Source: an uncultured archaeon (lineage in GTDB: Archaea > Thermoplasmatota > Penumbrarchaeia > JASLWR01). From it: a DNA stretch of 64,000 nucleotides. The notes beneath the pieces were generated by a model. It was not told the origin of the DNA. It made no database searches and saw only the letters and a program-made list of their open reading frames with translations. The stretch is taken from NCBI GenBank assembly GCA_964430885.1, contig CAYSHM010000011.1:1-64000 (forward strand), read 5' to 3'. Each line of letters starts with the position of its first letter. Position 1 is the stretch's first letter. This document shows, one piece after another, positions 28,430-38,644 of this stretch. The position numbers and the translations under genes were made by a program.

Positions 28430-31400
28430 GTGGTAGGTTCTGCAATGAACCTTGTAAATGAAGTTATTATCGATCAGACCATATTCTTAATTCCCTTAAG
28501 GGAGAGTATATTAATGATAATAAAAAAACAAAATGTTCTAACAATCATAGTATTATTGTTTTTGATCAGCCCAGTCGTTCTGACCGCAGACCTCAACGCT
28601 TCAGGCATTCCCGATTCCCGTGATCAAAAGAAATGGACCTTTATGGTATATCTTGATGCTGATAGTAATCTGGACCCTTACGGACATGATGATCTTGCTG
28701 AAATGAAGGCTGTCGGTTCGGATTCAGATATCAATATCATCGTTCTTTGGGATGGTGCACCGAACAATGACGGGGCTCTGTATTATGTTACACAGGGAGA
28801 TGTGGATGAATTCCCTGTTTCCGATGCTGGCATCCCTAATGAACCGGATATGTCCAATCCCAGCACGCTGGATTCATTTCTCCAGTGGGGATTAACGAAT
28901 TACCCCGCGGATCATTATCTGCTGTCCCTTTGGAACCACGGCAATGGCATATTCAGAAATAATGAGGAACCGGTAACAAAGGGTTTCTGTGGTGGAATGA
29001 AGATATGGGAACTCAATCAGGTGCTTGGAAATGCCAAGACCACTGCTGGAAAAAATATTGATATTGTGGGATTCGACGCCTGCCTGATGGGTGCTATAGA
29101 GACGCATTATCAGATGGCCCCCTTTGTGGATTTCGGGATTGCTTCAGAGGCTACTGAACCGGGTCCTGGGTGGGATTATGAAACCCCTCTGGAAGCACTA
29201 TCTAACAATCCCAATATGAGTCCATCGAATTTTGCCACTGAGATAGTCAACAGTTATGTGGATTATTACAATAGCGGAACAATCACTCAAGCTGCTATTG
29301 ATCTCAACAGGCTTGTTTCTCATTTTATGCCCCTTCTCGAGAATGTAACTGTGGACCTAATCAATTATATGTATTATCATGAATCCGCTATCCAAACTGC
29401 AAGAAGCAATGCCCAGACCTTTAATGGTTATACCAATATGCGGGACCTTTACGATTTCGTCAGGAACCTGCAGCAAACAGGCTCGCTTCCAGCAGTTCTA
29501 AGGAATGATGCCTCGGCCCTCTTGAATGAATTCCCCAATACGGTAATTGCAGAGGGCAATAAAGGTGTGACTGAAGCCCATGGGATGGTGATCTATTTCC
29601 CCACAGACGGTCCTTCCTCAACCTATCAGAACAATATCGATATGGCAGCGGGTTCCATGTGGGATGAGTTTCTTGAGGAATATGTCAATCCCAAGGAACA
29701 CTATGATGTGGTTGTGGAGCTTTACGATGACGACGGTGATGGACATAATGATGATGTTAAGATAACCATTCAGAATTTCGTTGCTGAGCCAGCCTCCGGA
29801 TCGGAGGTATGGGTGGATCAGGTAAGTATTGGAACAACGGATGGGAATGGGGTGATACTGCATTTGGATTCCCCTAAGGGAATGCATCAGGTAAGGGCTA
29901 GGGTGGGAAATCTAGACATTTACGGTCAATTCAAAGTAATCAATAGAGTCCCCGCAGCCGGAGCGATCATTCCTGATGCCATAGACGCAGGGCAGAGCAT
30001 AGTATTCGACAGTTCATTGTCATCAGATCCCGACGGGGATACTCTGTCCTATGAATGGACCTTTGGTGATGGGGGTGGTTCTCCTCTGGCAAATCCGGAA
30101 CATGTTTTCCAGGATGATGGTGTTTTTACGGTCACACTTGTAGTGATCGATACTGATTCGGCAGAGTCAGACCCCTTTACATTCGATATGACGGTGAACA
30201 ACCTAGCTCCGGTTGCTGATGCTGGGACTGCCCCTACTGGGAATGAGGATGAAGTTATCTACTTCGACGGTTCTGCTTCTGAAGATACGCCCCAGGATAA
30301 AGCGAATCTTGAATATAGGTGGGATTTCGGGGATGGTCTAAGTACGGCCTGGTTATCTTTTTCATATGTGAACCATACCTTTACAAATGATGATGTTTCA
30401 AATTCTTCCAAGACCTACAATGTGGTGCTGTCTGTCAGGGATGACGATGGTGAGATTTCCACTGATACATTGGAAGTAGTGATAGATAATGTGGTCCCTG
30501 TAGCCGACGCGGGAATGGATTTCACCCTTTATGAGGACGAGATCGCCTTCTTTGACGGACGCAATTCCTCCGATTCAATATCCGATCAGGCCTCATTGGT
30601 ATTTGATTGGGATTTCGATGACTCCGATGGGTTGGACTATACCGATGCTGAAGGTGCTGAAGTAAGTCATGTGTTCCATACCTCGGGAAATCAAAAGGTA
30701 ATGCTGCGTGTTACTGATGACAACGGAGATTTTTCTACTGATGCTGTCCATGTCAATGTTGTAAATCGAAACCCTGAAGCTGTTGTTACGGAAGAGTATA
30801 TGGATGTAAATGAAGGAGAGATATTACTTCTTGACGGCAGTCTTAGCGAGGATACGCCCTCTGACCTTCAATTGCTGGAATATGAATGGTCTCTGGATAA
30901 TGGTATGTTCTGGTATGGAGAAGAGGTCAACCTTACTCTAAATACCAGTGGGGTCTACAATGCTACTCTTACAGTTAAAGATGATGATGGGGCCTCGGAT
31001 TTTACTACATTCAGGATCAATGTATCAAATCTAGTGCCAATGGCCTTTCTGACAGTGGATCAAAATCAGATCTATGAGGATTCAACGTTCATCCTGAATG
31101 CAAGCAGGACCACGGACACACCCAATGACCTGCCGAATTTAATGTATCACTGGGACCTGAACCATAAAGATGGGGTTCAATTTTCTGCAGAGAAAACCAC
31201 CAATACTCCATTTCTGGAGTATATCTATACTTCCAGCGGCACTAAGGAAATCATTCTGAAAGTGGTTGATGACAATGGTGCATGGGATACTACTGAGCTC
31301 ATCATTTCCGTGGAGAATATTAAACCCGAAGCCAATCTTACCCTTATCACTGAAAATATCGTTGAAGAAAAATCCGCCCTTTTCGATGCCAAGAACTCCA

Positions 31401-32149
31401 CTGATACTGAAAGCGACGCACCTTCCCTTATCTATAGATGGTATGTTAACGGTGAGCTTGTTGATGAGGGTAATTCTACTCTAACATATGTTTTCAAGGA
31501 TCCAGGCGTTCAAACGGTACGGCTTGAAGTAATAGATGATGATGGTGGTAAGGATGAAGCGATGATGTCGGTGGATGTGGCGAAAAAGGAAAGTGAAGGT
31601 ATTGGAAATATGCTCATCTCCCCAACCTTTGCCAATGGGGGTTTGTGGCTCTACTTTGTGATAATCATACTCGTAGCAATACTTCTCATAGCGGTCCTGG
31701 TGGCGCGGAAGAGGAAAAATAAACGTGAACCCAAATCAACAAAACCTGATAAGAAGGGATCTAAGAAATCAGAACTAAGGAAGAAGACCCCTGAGGAAAA
31801 GAAGTCCGAGTATGATAAATTATACGGCCCCCCTTCGTCATCAGCCAGCACCTTAAAGAGAGGTACTGAGAATAATTATTACCAAGATGAATACGGTAAT
31901 GAAGATATCAGCAATGAGTTCTTCGAACCTGGTTCAACCGAGACTCAGGATGATATTGATTTCTTTGATGATGGGGATGTAATCATGGAATTTGATGACG
32001 AACCTTCAGATTATCAGGGAACTGATTTTGACCAGGGGAAGGATGATGACGGGATATCGTGGTCCTCATTTACAGAAACGGATATGGATGATGATTCCAC
32101 TTCTGAAAAGGATGATTTCGCCAAGGTTTTTGATGACTGGGATCTGTGA
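28430..32149 (+). CDS. Clostripain-family (C11) cysteine peptidase with ~6 PKD domains, C-terminal TM and acidic tail
   Basis: WTFMVYLDADSNL, WNHGNG (His), GFDACLM (Cys), ASEATEPGPGWDY; repeated WxFGDG / TVxDDDG; probable start ATG 28514. Confidence 0.88.
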   Translation: MVGSAMNLVNEVIIDQTIFLIPLRESILMIIKKQNVLTIIVLLFLISPVVLTADLNASGIPDSRDQKKWTFMVYLDADSNLDPYGHDDLAEMKAVGSDSDINIIVLWDGAPNNDGALYYVTQGDVDEFPVSDAGIPNEPDMSNPSTLDSFLQWGLTNYPADHYLLSLWNHGNGIFRNNEEPVTKGFCGGMKIWELNQVLGNAKTTAGKNIDIVGFDACLMGAIETHYQMAPFVDFGIASEATEPGPGWDYETPLEALSNNPNMSPSNFATEIVNSYVDYYNSGTITQAAIDLNRLVSHFMPLLENVTVDLINYMYYHESAIQTARSNAQTFNGYTNMRDLYDFVRNLQQTGSLPAVLRNDASALLNEFPNTVIAEGNKGVTEAHGMVIYFPTDGPSSTYQNNIDMAAGSMWDEFLEEYVNPKEHYDVVVELYDDDGDGHNDDVKITIQNFVAEPASGSEVWVDQVSIGTTDGNGVILHLDSPKGMHQVRARVGNLDIYGQFKVINRVPAAGAIIPDAIDAGQSIVFDSSLSSDPDGDTLSYEWTFGDGGGSPLANPEHVFQDDGVFTVTLVVIDTDSAESDPFTFDMTVNNLAPVADAGTAPTGNEDEVIYFDGSASEDTPQDKANLEYRWDFGDGLSTAWLSFSYVNHTFTNDDVSNSSKTYNVVLSVRDDDGEISTDTLEVVIDNVVPVADAGMDFTLYEDEIAFFDGRNSSDSISDQASLVFDWDFDDSDGLDYTDAEGAEVSHVFHTSGNQKVMLRVTDDNGDFSTDAVHVNVVNRNPEAVVTEEYMDVNEGEILLLDGSLSEDTPSDLQLLEYEWSLDNGMFWYGEEVNLTLNTSGVYNATLTVKDDDGASDFTTFRINVSNLVPMAFLTVDQNQIYEDSTFILNASRTTDTPNDLPNLMYHWDLNHKDGVQFSAEKTTNTPFLEYIYTSSGTKEIILKVVDDNGAWDTTELIISVENIKPEANLTLITENIVEEKSALFDAKNSTDTESDAPSLIYRWYVNGELVDEGNSTLTYVFKDPGVQTVRLEVIDDDGGKDEAMMSVDVAKKESEGIGNMLISPTFANGGLWLYFVIIILVAILLIAVLVARKRKNKREPKSTKPDKKGSKKSELRKKTPEEKKSEYDKLYGPPSSSASTLKRGTENNYYQDEYGNEDISNEFFEPGSTETQDDIDFFDDGDVIMEFDDEPSDYQGTDFDQGKDDDGISWSSFTETDMDDDSTSEKDDFAKVFDDWDL

Positions 32150-32217
32150 GGGAAATATTGAACTCTAGTGGACGATCATTTCATATCAAAAATAATAGCA
32201 GGTATACCGTGTATATT

Positions 32218-32814
32218 TCAGCCAATGCTAATAGCTTTCCAGATTATTTCGTTCGCATGTTCTAAAGCTTCTAGTCTGTACATGTTTCCCAATAGGTCCT
32301 CACCAAGTGTCACTGAACCATGCCTCTTGAGTATAATCGTATCGTGGTCAGCTATCAGAGGTTCGATGGATTTAGGGACATCATCCGTACCAGGTTGAAC
32401 AAATCCGCATACGCCAATTTTTCCGCAGTACAGAGGAACCTCCGGTAAAACAGGCTTATTGAAATCAAAATCTTTCAGTGATAGAGCAACAGTGTGTATG
32501 GGATGAGCATGGATTATACTGTTAACATCCTTTCTTTTACTATAAATTGTAAGATGCATACCAAACTCTGTTGAAGGTTCCAGGTTTTCCGGATTGACCA
32601 AAATATTCCCCTGCAAATCCGTTTCAATTATCATATCCTTTTGGAGCCGTCCTTTACAGAATCCTGAAGGAGTTATGAGGATATTTTTGTTTGAAAGCCT
32701 CATGGACAGGTTTCCTTCGTATGATGCTATGAACCTTCTTTCATACATCCGTTTACCGATCTGACAGATTAATCGTCTTTTTACGGTTCTTTCTTCATCC
32801 AGATCCAGGTTCAT
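32218..32814 (-). CDS. Class II aldolase/adducin family (FucA/MtnB-like)
   Basis: EGNLS, ITPSG, PSTEFGMH, IHAHP, LKRHG. Confidence 0.9.
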   Translation of the reverse strand: MNLDLDEERTVKRRLICQIGKRMYERRFIASYEGNLSMRLSNKNILITPSGFCKGRLQKDMIIETDLQGNILVNPENLEPSTEFGMHLTIYSKRKDVNSIIHAHPIHTVALSLKDFDFNKPVLPEVPLYCGKIGVCGFVQPGTDDVPKSIEPLIADHDTIILKRHGSVTLGEDLLGNMYRLEALEHANEIIWKAISIG

Positions 32815-33181
32815 ATCAACACCTCATACGATGAAATATGTTCTTAGTTCCATCTATTATTTGTGCAATAATGTTTCAAAGCAGATAAATATAATTCAAC
32901 TCCGCATTCTATTGAGAAATCCAAACAATTCTCCAGAAATCTATCTTCCCATAGACATTATATGTAATTATGTAATGATATTTTTTTCTTTAAATTGAAT
33001 ATGAATTTTAAATTGTTGTAGTAATTATAGATATTCTAATAATTCGGAATTTATTTTATACTGAATTAATGGCTTCAATAGTTTTAAATCTCCTGGAGTA
33101 TTTTGCTTGATGAATTAAGCAATATAATAGTTACATACTTTTCTGCTTGCTTACCCATAAATAAACAAAGGGAGCGTTAGG

Positions 33182-33997
33182 ATCGAAGGAAAACGTAAAG
33201 ATAGAAAGGGTGCTGGATCCCGAGCTCGTCCGCTTGTTTCAATCGTGATTCCAGCTTGGAATGAGGAAGGGATTATTAGAGATACATTGACCGCTTATTG
33301 TTCGTACTTTGGAAATCGTTATCCCTTTGAGATCATAGTCATAACCGACGGTTGTACAGATAATACCGTTGATATTATCAAAGAGACTTTGAAGAAATCC
33401 CCCAATATCCGGCATTTTGATTATCCTCATAAACTCGGAAAGGGTGGAGGAGTATTAAAGGGATTCAAGAAAGCGGAGGGCAGTTTTATATCCTTTACTG
33501 ATGCAGACGGGGCTACCACTCCACAGGATCTAGATAAATTGATAAAAACAGCAAAGAAAATCGATGGTGCTATTGGGTCCAGATGGATGGCGGGTTCGGT
33601 TCAGTTGAAAAGTCAGCCCTTGAGCAGAAAATTGGCTAGTAGAGGATTCAACTTTTTGGTCCGATTACTATTTCATTTTCCCTACAGGGATACGCAGTGC
33701 GGTGCAAAAGTGTTCAGATCCGAGGTTATTAGGGACATCCAGAACGACATAGGTATAAATAATTTCGCTTTCGACGTTGATCTGCTTTACAAGATACATA
33801 AAAAGGGATATGATATAAGAGAAGTGCCAATTAATTGGACGGATCATTCGGGATCCAGTGTTGATATAAGAAACGTCATTCCAAGAATGTTCATTTCCAT
33901 ATTGGGTCTTAGATTAAAAACGACTCCCCTATGGAAATTAATGCCGAAATGGCTTGAGATATCCATTTACCGTCTGATAAGCGGCAAAGGAGGATAA
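33182..33997 (+). CDS. GT2 glycosyltransferase (dolichyl-phosphate sugar synthase / ALG5-like)
   Basis: VSIVIPAWNEE, DGCTD, GKGG, FTDAD, GSR, DTQCGAK, FAFDVDLL; frame is open upstream of track GTG 33245, candidate ATC start 33182. Confidence 0.88.
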   Translation: MEGKRKDRKGAGSRARPLVSIVIPAWNEEGIIRDTLTAYCSYFGNRYPFEIIVITDGCTDNTVDIIKETLKKSPNIRHFDYPHKLGKGGGVLKGFKKAEGSFISFTDADGATTPQDLDKLIKTAKKIDGAIGSRWMAGSVQLKSQPLSRKLASRGFNFLVRLLFHFPYRDTQCGAKVFRSEVIRDIQNDIGINNFAFDVDLLYKIHKKGYDIREVPINWTDHSGSSVDIRNVIPRMFISILGLRLKTTPLWKLMPKWLEISIYRLISGKGG

Positions 33998-34001
33998 TCT
34001 G

Positions 34002-35102
34002 TTGAAATTACTTTTCATGAACTGGAGGGATATAAGTCACCCTGAAGCAGGTGGCTGTGAACTGCATCTGCATGAGATAACCAAAAGGTTAGCTAAATGG
34101 GGTCATGACATAACGCTTTTCTGCGGTGCCTATGAAGGATCCAAGGAAGAGGAGGTGGTAGACGGCATCAGGGTAATAAGAAAAGGAGGCCCCTATACAG
34201 TTTATTTCAGATCTGCCCTTGATTATATATTCCGGTTGAGAAAGAAAAGGTTCGATATTGTTGTGGATGACATTAACGGTGTTCCTTTTTTCACACCTTT
34301 CTACATAGGCCGGCCCAAATTGGCCATACTGCATCATCTGGTGAAGGATATATTTTTCAGAGAGCTTCCAGTCCCTCTGAGACCCGTTGCCTATCTGGCA
34401 GAACGCTCTATTCCAGTTTACTATGGAAGGACAAAATTCGTAACTGTTTCGGACAGCACAAAAAATGAGATGATCGCAGCCGGAATTCCATCAGATAATA
34501 TCCATGTCATTCACAATGGTATATCTGGCGATTATTCTCCGGATAAAAATAATCGTTCTCAATTTCCCCATCTGGTTTACCTGGGACGCCTGAAAGCATA
34601 CAAACAGCTAGATCACCTCTTAAAGGTTGTGGGCATCCTTAAGAATGATTTTAAGAGACTCCACCTCTCTATTGCTGGGACCGGTGATGCGGAGGAGGAT
34701 CTGAAGAAGAAAGCCGGAGAATTGGGAATTGGGAATATGGTGGATTTTTTGGGATTTATATCTGAAAAAGAAAAAGTTGAACTCCTTCAAAGTGGCTGGT
34801 TATTTGTTACACCGTCGGAAAAGGAAGGTTGGGGTCTTACAGTAATCGAAGCCAATGCCTGTGGACTTCCCACTGTGGGCTATGATGTACCAGGGTTGAG
34901 AGATTCGATAAAAAAGGATAAAACCGGATTGCTCGTGGAGAATATGGAGCCGAAATATCTTGCTGAAGGAGTTAGGGAGTTATTGTCCAATGATGGCAGA
35001 AGGGAAAAAATGGCTGAAAATGCACTGAAATGGTCTGAGAATTTCAGCTGGGATAAGACAGCTAGAAGGTTTTTGGATCTAATTTCAGAAGAAATGTTAT
35101 GA
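34002..35102 (+). CDS. GT4 (GT-B) glycosyltransferase
   Basis: NWRDISHPEAGGCE, YLGRL, PSEKEGWGLTVIEANACG. Confidence 0.92.
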   Translation: MKLLFMNWRDISHPEAGGCELHLHEITKRLAKWGHDITLFCGAYEGSKEEEVVDGIRVIRKGGPYTVYFRSALDYIFRLRKKRFDIVVDDINGVPFFTPFYIGRPKLAILHHLVKDIFFRELPVPLRPVAYLAERSIPVYYGRTKFVTVSDSTKNEMIAAGIPSDNIHVIHNGISGDYSPDKNNRSQFPHLVYLGRLKAYKQLDHLLKVVGILKNDFKRLHLSIAGTGDAEEDLKKKAGELGIGNMVDFLGFISEKEKVELLQSGWLFVTPSEKEGWGLTVIEANACGLPTVGYDVPGLRDSIKKDKTGLLVENMEPKYLAEGVRELLSNDGRREKMAENALKWSENFSWDKTARRFLDLISEEML

Positions 35103-35280
35103 GAATTCCTTTTCTCAACTCCAAGAAATTAATAATCAATGTTCTATAGTAGCTTATTCATAAATAACGGGTTTTTATTATTGAAAAATGATATGTATAA
35201 TTAGACACCTGTTAAAAACCCAAAAAATGGATTTAAGGAATAATCGGATGACAGCGCAGTAAAGAGAAGCGGGTATTGAA

Positions 35281-36876
35281 ATGGGCAAGAAGGTAATTCT
35301 AATTGGTGTGGACGGAGCAACCTGGGACCTAATAATACCATGGGTGGAACAGGGTGAACTTCCAGCTTTCCAGAAAATCATGTCTCATGGGAGCTGGGGC
35401 AAGCTCCAGAGCACCATTCCACCTTTATCCCCGCCGGCTTGGACGTCCATATTTACAGGTACAAATCCGGGAAAACACAACATTTTTGGTTTTCTAAAAA
35501 GAAAAAAGGATTCCTATTTTGTAACTCCCATAAGCTCCAATGACAGGGAGGCAGTACCTCTATGGAAATATATATCGGGGAGCGGCAGACGCAGTGTACT
35601 TCTTAACATCCCCTTCAGTTATCCCCCCGATAAGATCAACGGCATAATGACAACAGGTCTGGGCACTCCATCGAGGGATTCGGATTTCACCCATCCCAAG
35701 GATTTCAAAAAGCGCCTTCTGAAGGAATTTCCCGAGTTTGACGTGGATTTCAACGAGGATCTCATAGAGCTGGGTTCGGACAGGGACCCTGCAGATCATA
35801 TTATCAAGATCACTGCCAGCCAAATTGCTGCAGCAAAGAAGTTGCTGGTAGAGGAAGAATGTGATCTCTTCGCAGCGGTCTTCAGGTCCACCGATGTTGT
35901 ACAACACTACTACTGGTATCAGGAAGAAATGGTTCTGAAAACCTACAAGCAGATCGACTGCTTCATGGAATGGGTTCAGGAAAACCTAAGACCGGACCAG
36001 ATACTTATGATCTGCTCGGATCATGGTTTTGCACCCATCCATACAAATATCTATGTGAATAACTGGTTGGAGAGAGCGGGTTTTTTATCATTGAAGAAGG
36101 GTCTGAAAAAGAAGAAGAAAAAAGGCACTAGCGGAGTACTGCCCAGTGCAGAGGCCATACAGGTCATGATGCTGAAAATGGGATTGAAGAATCTGGTGAG
36201 CAGGCTTAAACGCTCCTCATTGGTGGAACCTTTGATCAGGTCCTTATTTTCTTCAGACAGAGTTCAGTATTTGTTCGATATTGATTGGGAAAGAAGTAAA
36301 TCCTATTTCCTTGACGGATCATTCGGTATGATAAATATCAATCTTAAGGGTCGGGAGCCCAAAGGCTGCATAAGTAAAAAAGATAGAGAGAAAATGATTC
36401 AAATAATTATGCGGAAAGCCCGGGATATTAAAGATGCAGCATCCGGGGGCATGGTTATCGAAGAGATTTTCAGAGGTGAAGATGTATATCACGGGCAATC
36501 TTCCCGGATTCCGGATATTGTTCTTGTAAGTAAAGAGGGATACAATCTTGTAGGCGGATATAATTATTCAGGAGAAATAACTGAAAAGGTGGAGAGCCGA
36601 TTCGGTGAGCATTCCAAATATGGAATTTTTGCCCTCCAAGGTCAGGGTGTTGAGAATAAGAAGGATATTGATGGTTTGGAAGTTTATGATATATCTCCCA
36701 CTATAATGAGGGTATTGGGTATGGATATACCTCGTTCCATGGACGGGAAGGTAATGGGTGAAGTTCTGGATCATAAACTCTTTTCCTCTTCAACGGAAAA
36801 ACCTGCTCTGGAAGTCGAGGAATCCCTATTGATAAGTGAGCATATTGGGAAAATAGACTGGAAAAAGAAACTATAG
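35281..36876 (+). CDS. Alkaline-phosphatase superfamily phosphodiesterase / nucleotide pyrophosphatase-like (COG3379)
   Basis: IGVDGA, STIPPLSPPAW, TGTNPGKH, DVVQH, SDHGF, GEH. Confidence 0.88.
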   Translation: MGKKVILIGVDGATWDLIIPWVEQGELPAFQKIMSHGSWGKLQSTIPPLSPPAWTSIFTGTNPGKHNIFGFLKRKKDSYFVTPISSNDREAVPLWKYISGSGRRSVLLNIPFSYPPDKINGIMTTGLGTPSRDSDFTHPKDFKKRLLKEFPEFDVDFNEDLIELGSDRDPADHIIKITASQIAAAKKLLVEEECDLFAAVFRSTDVVQHYYWYQEEMVLKTYKQIDCFMEWVQENLRPDQILMICSDHGFAPIHTNIYVNNWLERAGFLSLKKGLKKKKKKGTSGVLPSAEAIQVMMLKMGLKNLVSRLKRSSLVEPLIRSLFSSDRVQYLFDIDWERSKSYFLDGSFGMININLKGREPKGCISKKDREKMIQIIMRKARDIKDAASGGMVIEEIFRGEDVYHGQSSRIPDIVLVSKEGYNLVGGYNYSGEITEKVESRFGEHSKYGIFALQGQGVENKKDIDGLEVYDISPTIMRVLGMDIPRSMDGKVMGEVLDHKLFSSSTEKPALEVEESLLISEHIGKIDWKKKL

Positions 36877-36920
36877 ACCTAGTTCAAGCTGAGTGGATTC
36901 TTGGGAATCATAGATAATAA

Positions 36921-38642
36921 ATGGAGGTAGGCACAATGAAAAGGACGAAACGGAAACGTGCTGGTCACGGCCATCGGATTATTAATTCATCATCTGTCTC
37001 AGCCTCCTCGTCGGTCAAAAATCCAAATGCCGCAATGAAAAAGAATGGCGGAAAATATAATTATTCAAACAAAAGGAAAATGCTGATAGTGGGATTTGAC
37101 GGAGCTTCGTTTTCACTCTTGAATAAATGGGCAACCGCCGGCCCCCTCCCTACATTCAAGGGATTAATAGAGAAGGGCGGTTACGGGATGCTGAAAAGTA
37201 CAATTCCGCCTATTACCTTTCCAGCAATACCCAGTTTTATGACCGGTCAGAATCCGGGGAAACATGGGGTTTCCTCGTTTTTCAGACCCAAAAAGGACAT
37301 GTCCCTAGGGCTTGTCCATTCAGGTTCGTTGAAGGGCGAGTTCTGGAACCTAGGAAATTTAAAAAATATGAAAAAGCTACTGATAAATCTTCCTCTCACA
37401 TATCCGGCAAAACCTATAAAAGGTACACTTATCACCGGCGCCCTTACTCCCGATAAGGAAGATGATTATTTTACCCACCCCAAGAGTCTGAAGGATGATT
37501 ATTCCTCTATATTCAAGAATTATATCATTGATGTTGATCTGACCTATGCACCAGGTATGGAAAAACAGTACTGGGGTGAGTGCAGGAAGACGGCTGAAGG
37601 AAGGACCGATCTTGCAGAGGTGTTGCTGAAGGAGCGGGAATGGGACATCGCAATTATTTACTATACTCTTCTCGATAGACTCCAGCACAATCTATTCGGC
37701 CTTGACAACAATGAATGGATCCGGAAAGGCTATCAATTGGCGGATTCCATCCTGAACCGATTGATGGCAAATATCCCTGAGGGTTCCACCACGATGGTGT
37801 TCTCTGACCACGGGTTCGGAAGGTCCAAAGGCCGATTCTATCCCAACGCCTGGCTGGCTGAAAAGGGACTCCTGGTCTACAAGGATGGGGGTAAAGGCAG
37901 TTCGCTCATGGGCAAGCTAAGGGCCAAGCAGGGAAGCAGCGGGATGAAGATGCTGTCCCGCCTGATACCTGGAAGTGTTAAACAGAAACTCATAGGGCGG
38001 ATGGAGAGCAAAGGCGGGTCTTATGACATGGGATCTGTGGATTGGGAGAAAACCAGTTATTATGCCACCATAAACGGGATATATAAGAATAAGAAGGGTC
38101 TCGCCGATCCGGCAGTCAGTCTTGATGAAATATGCACGTCTCTTAGAAACCTCAAAGATCCTTCGACTGGAAAACAATTGAAAGTTACGGTCTGGAAAAA
38201 AAGTGAACTGTATGAGGGTCCTAGGGTAGATGATATGCCGGATATAGTATACAGCATTGGGAACTATGCATTTGAGCCCTTTGCTTCATTTGAAAACCTC
38301 CCCTATCTGCAGTCATTTGAGAATGTGTACAAGGGCTGGCACAGGGAAGAAGGTATATTTTTGTCATCGGGCCCCCAAATAAAGCAGGGTGAGCTAAAAG
38401 ATATTCAAATATTTGACCTGGCCCCCACATTCATTCATCTTTTGGGGAATGCTGTACCTTCAGATTTGGATGGACGTGTGATACGTGCTATCTTGAAGGA
38501 CGGCGGAGCTTCTGTTGTTGTCCGGGATGGCCCTGAAGGAGAAGGGGGCTCCGGTACAGAGATAAATGAAGATGATACACTATCAGAAAAGACCCTCATT
38601 ACAAAAACAGTGGGTGATATGTTCAGAAGGGGGGATATCTGA
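36921..38642 (+). CDS. Alkaline-phosphatase superfamily phosphodiesterase / nucleotide pyrophosphatase-like (COG3379), paralogue 2
   Basis: VGFDGA, STIPPITFPA, TGQNPGKHG, DRLQH, SDHGF, GWH. Confidence 0.87.
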   Translation: MEVGTMKRTKRKRAGHGHRIINSSSVSASSSVKNPNAAMKKNGGKYNYSNKRKMLIVGFDGASFSLLNKWATAGPLPTFKGLIEKGGYGMLKSTIPPITFPAIPSFMTGQNPGKHGVSSFFRPKKDMSLGLVHSGSLKGEFWNLGNLKNMKKLLINLPLTYPAKPIKGTLITGALTPDKEDDYFTHPKSLKDDYSSIFKNYIIDVDLTYAPGMEKQYWGECRKTAEGRTDLAEVLLKEREWDIAIIYYTLLDRLQHNLFGLDNNEWIRKGYQLADSILNRLMANIPEGSTTMVFSDHGFGRSKGRFYPNAWLAEKGLLVYKDGGKGSSLMGKLRAKQGSSGMKMLSRLIPGSVKQKLIGRMESKGGSYDMGSVDWEKTSYYATINGIYKNKKGLADPAVSLDEICTSLRNLKDPSTGKQLKVTVWKKSELYEGPRVDDMPDIVYSIGNYAFEPFASFENLPYLQSFENVYKGWHREEGIFLSSGPQIKQGELKDIQIFDLAPTFIHLLGNAVPSDLDGRVIRAILKDGGASVVVRDGPEGEGGSGTEINEDDTLSEKTLITKTVGDMFRRGDI

Positions 38643-38644
38643 AA

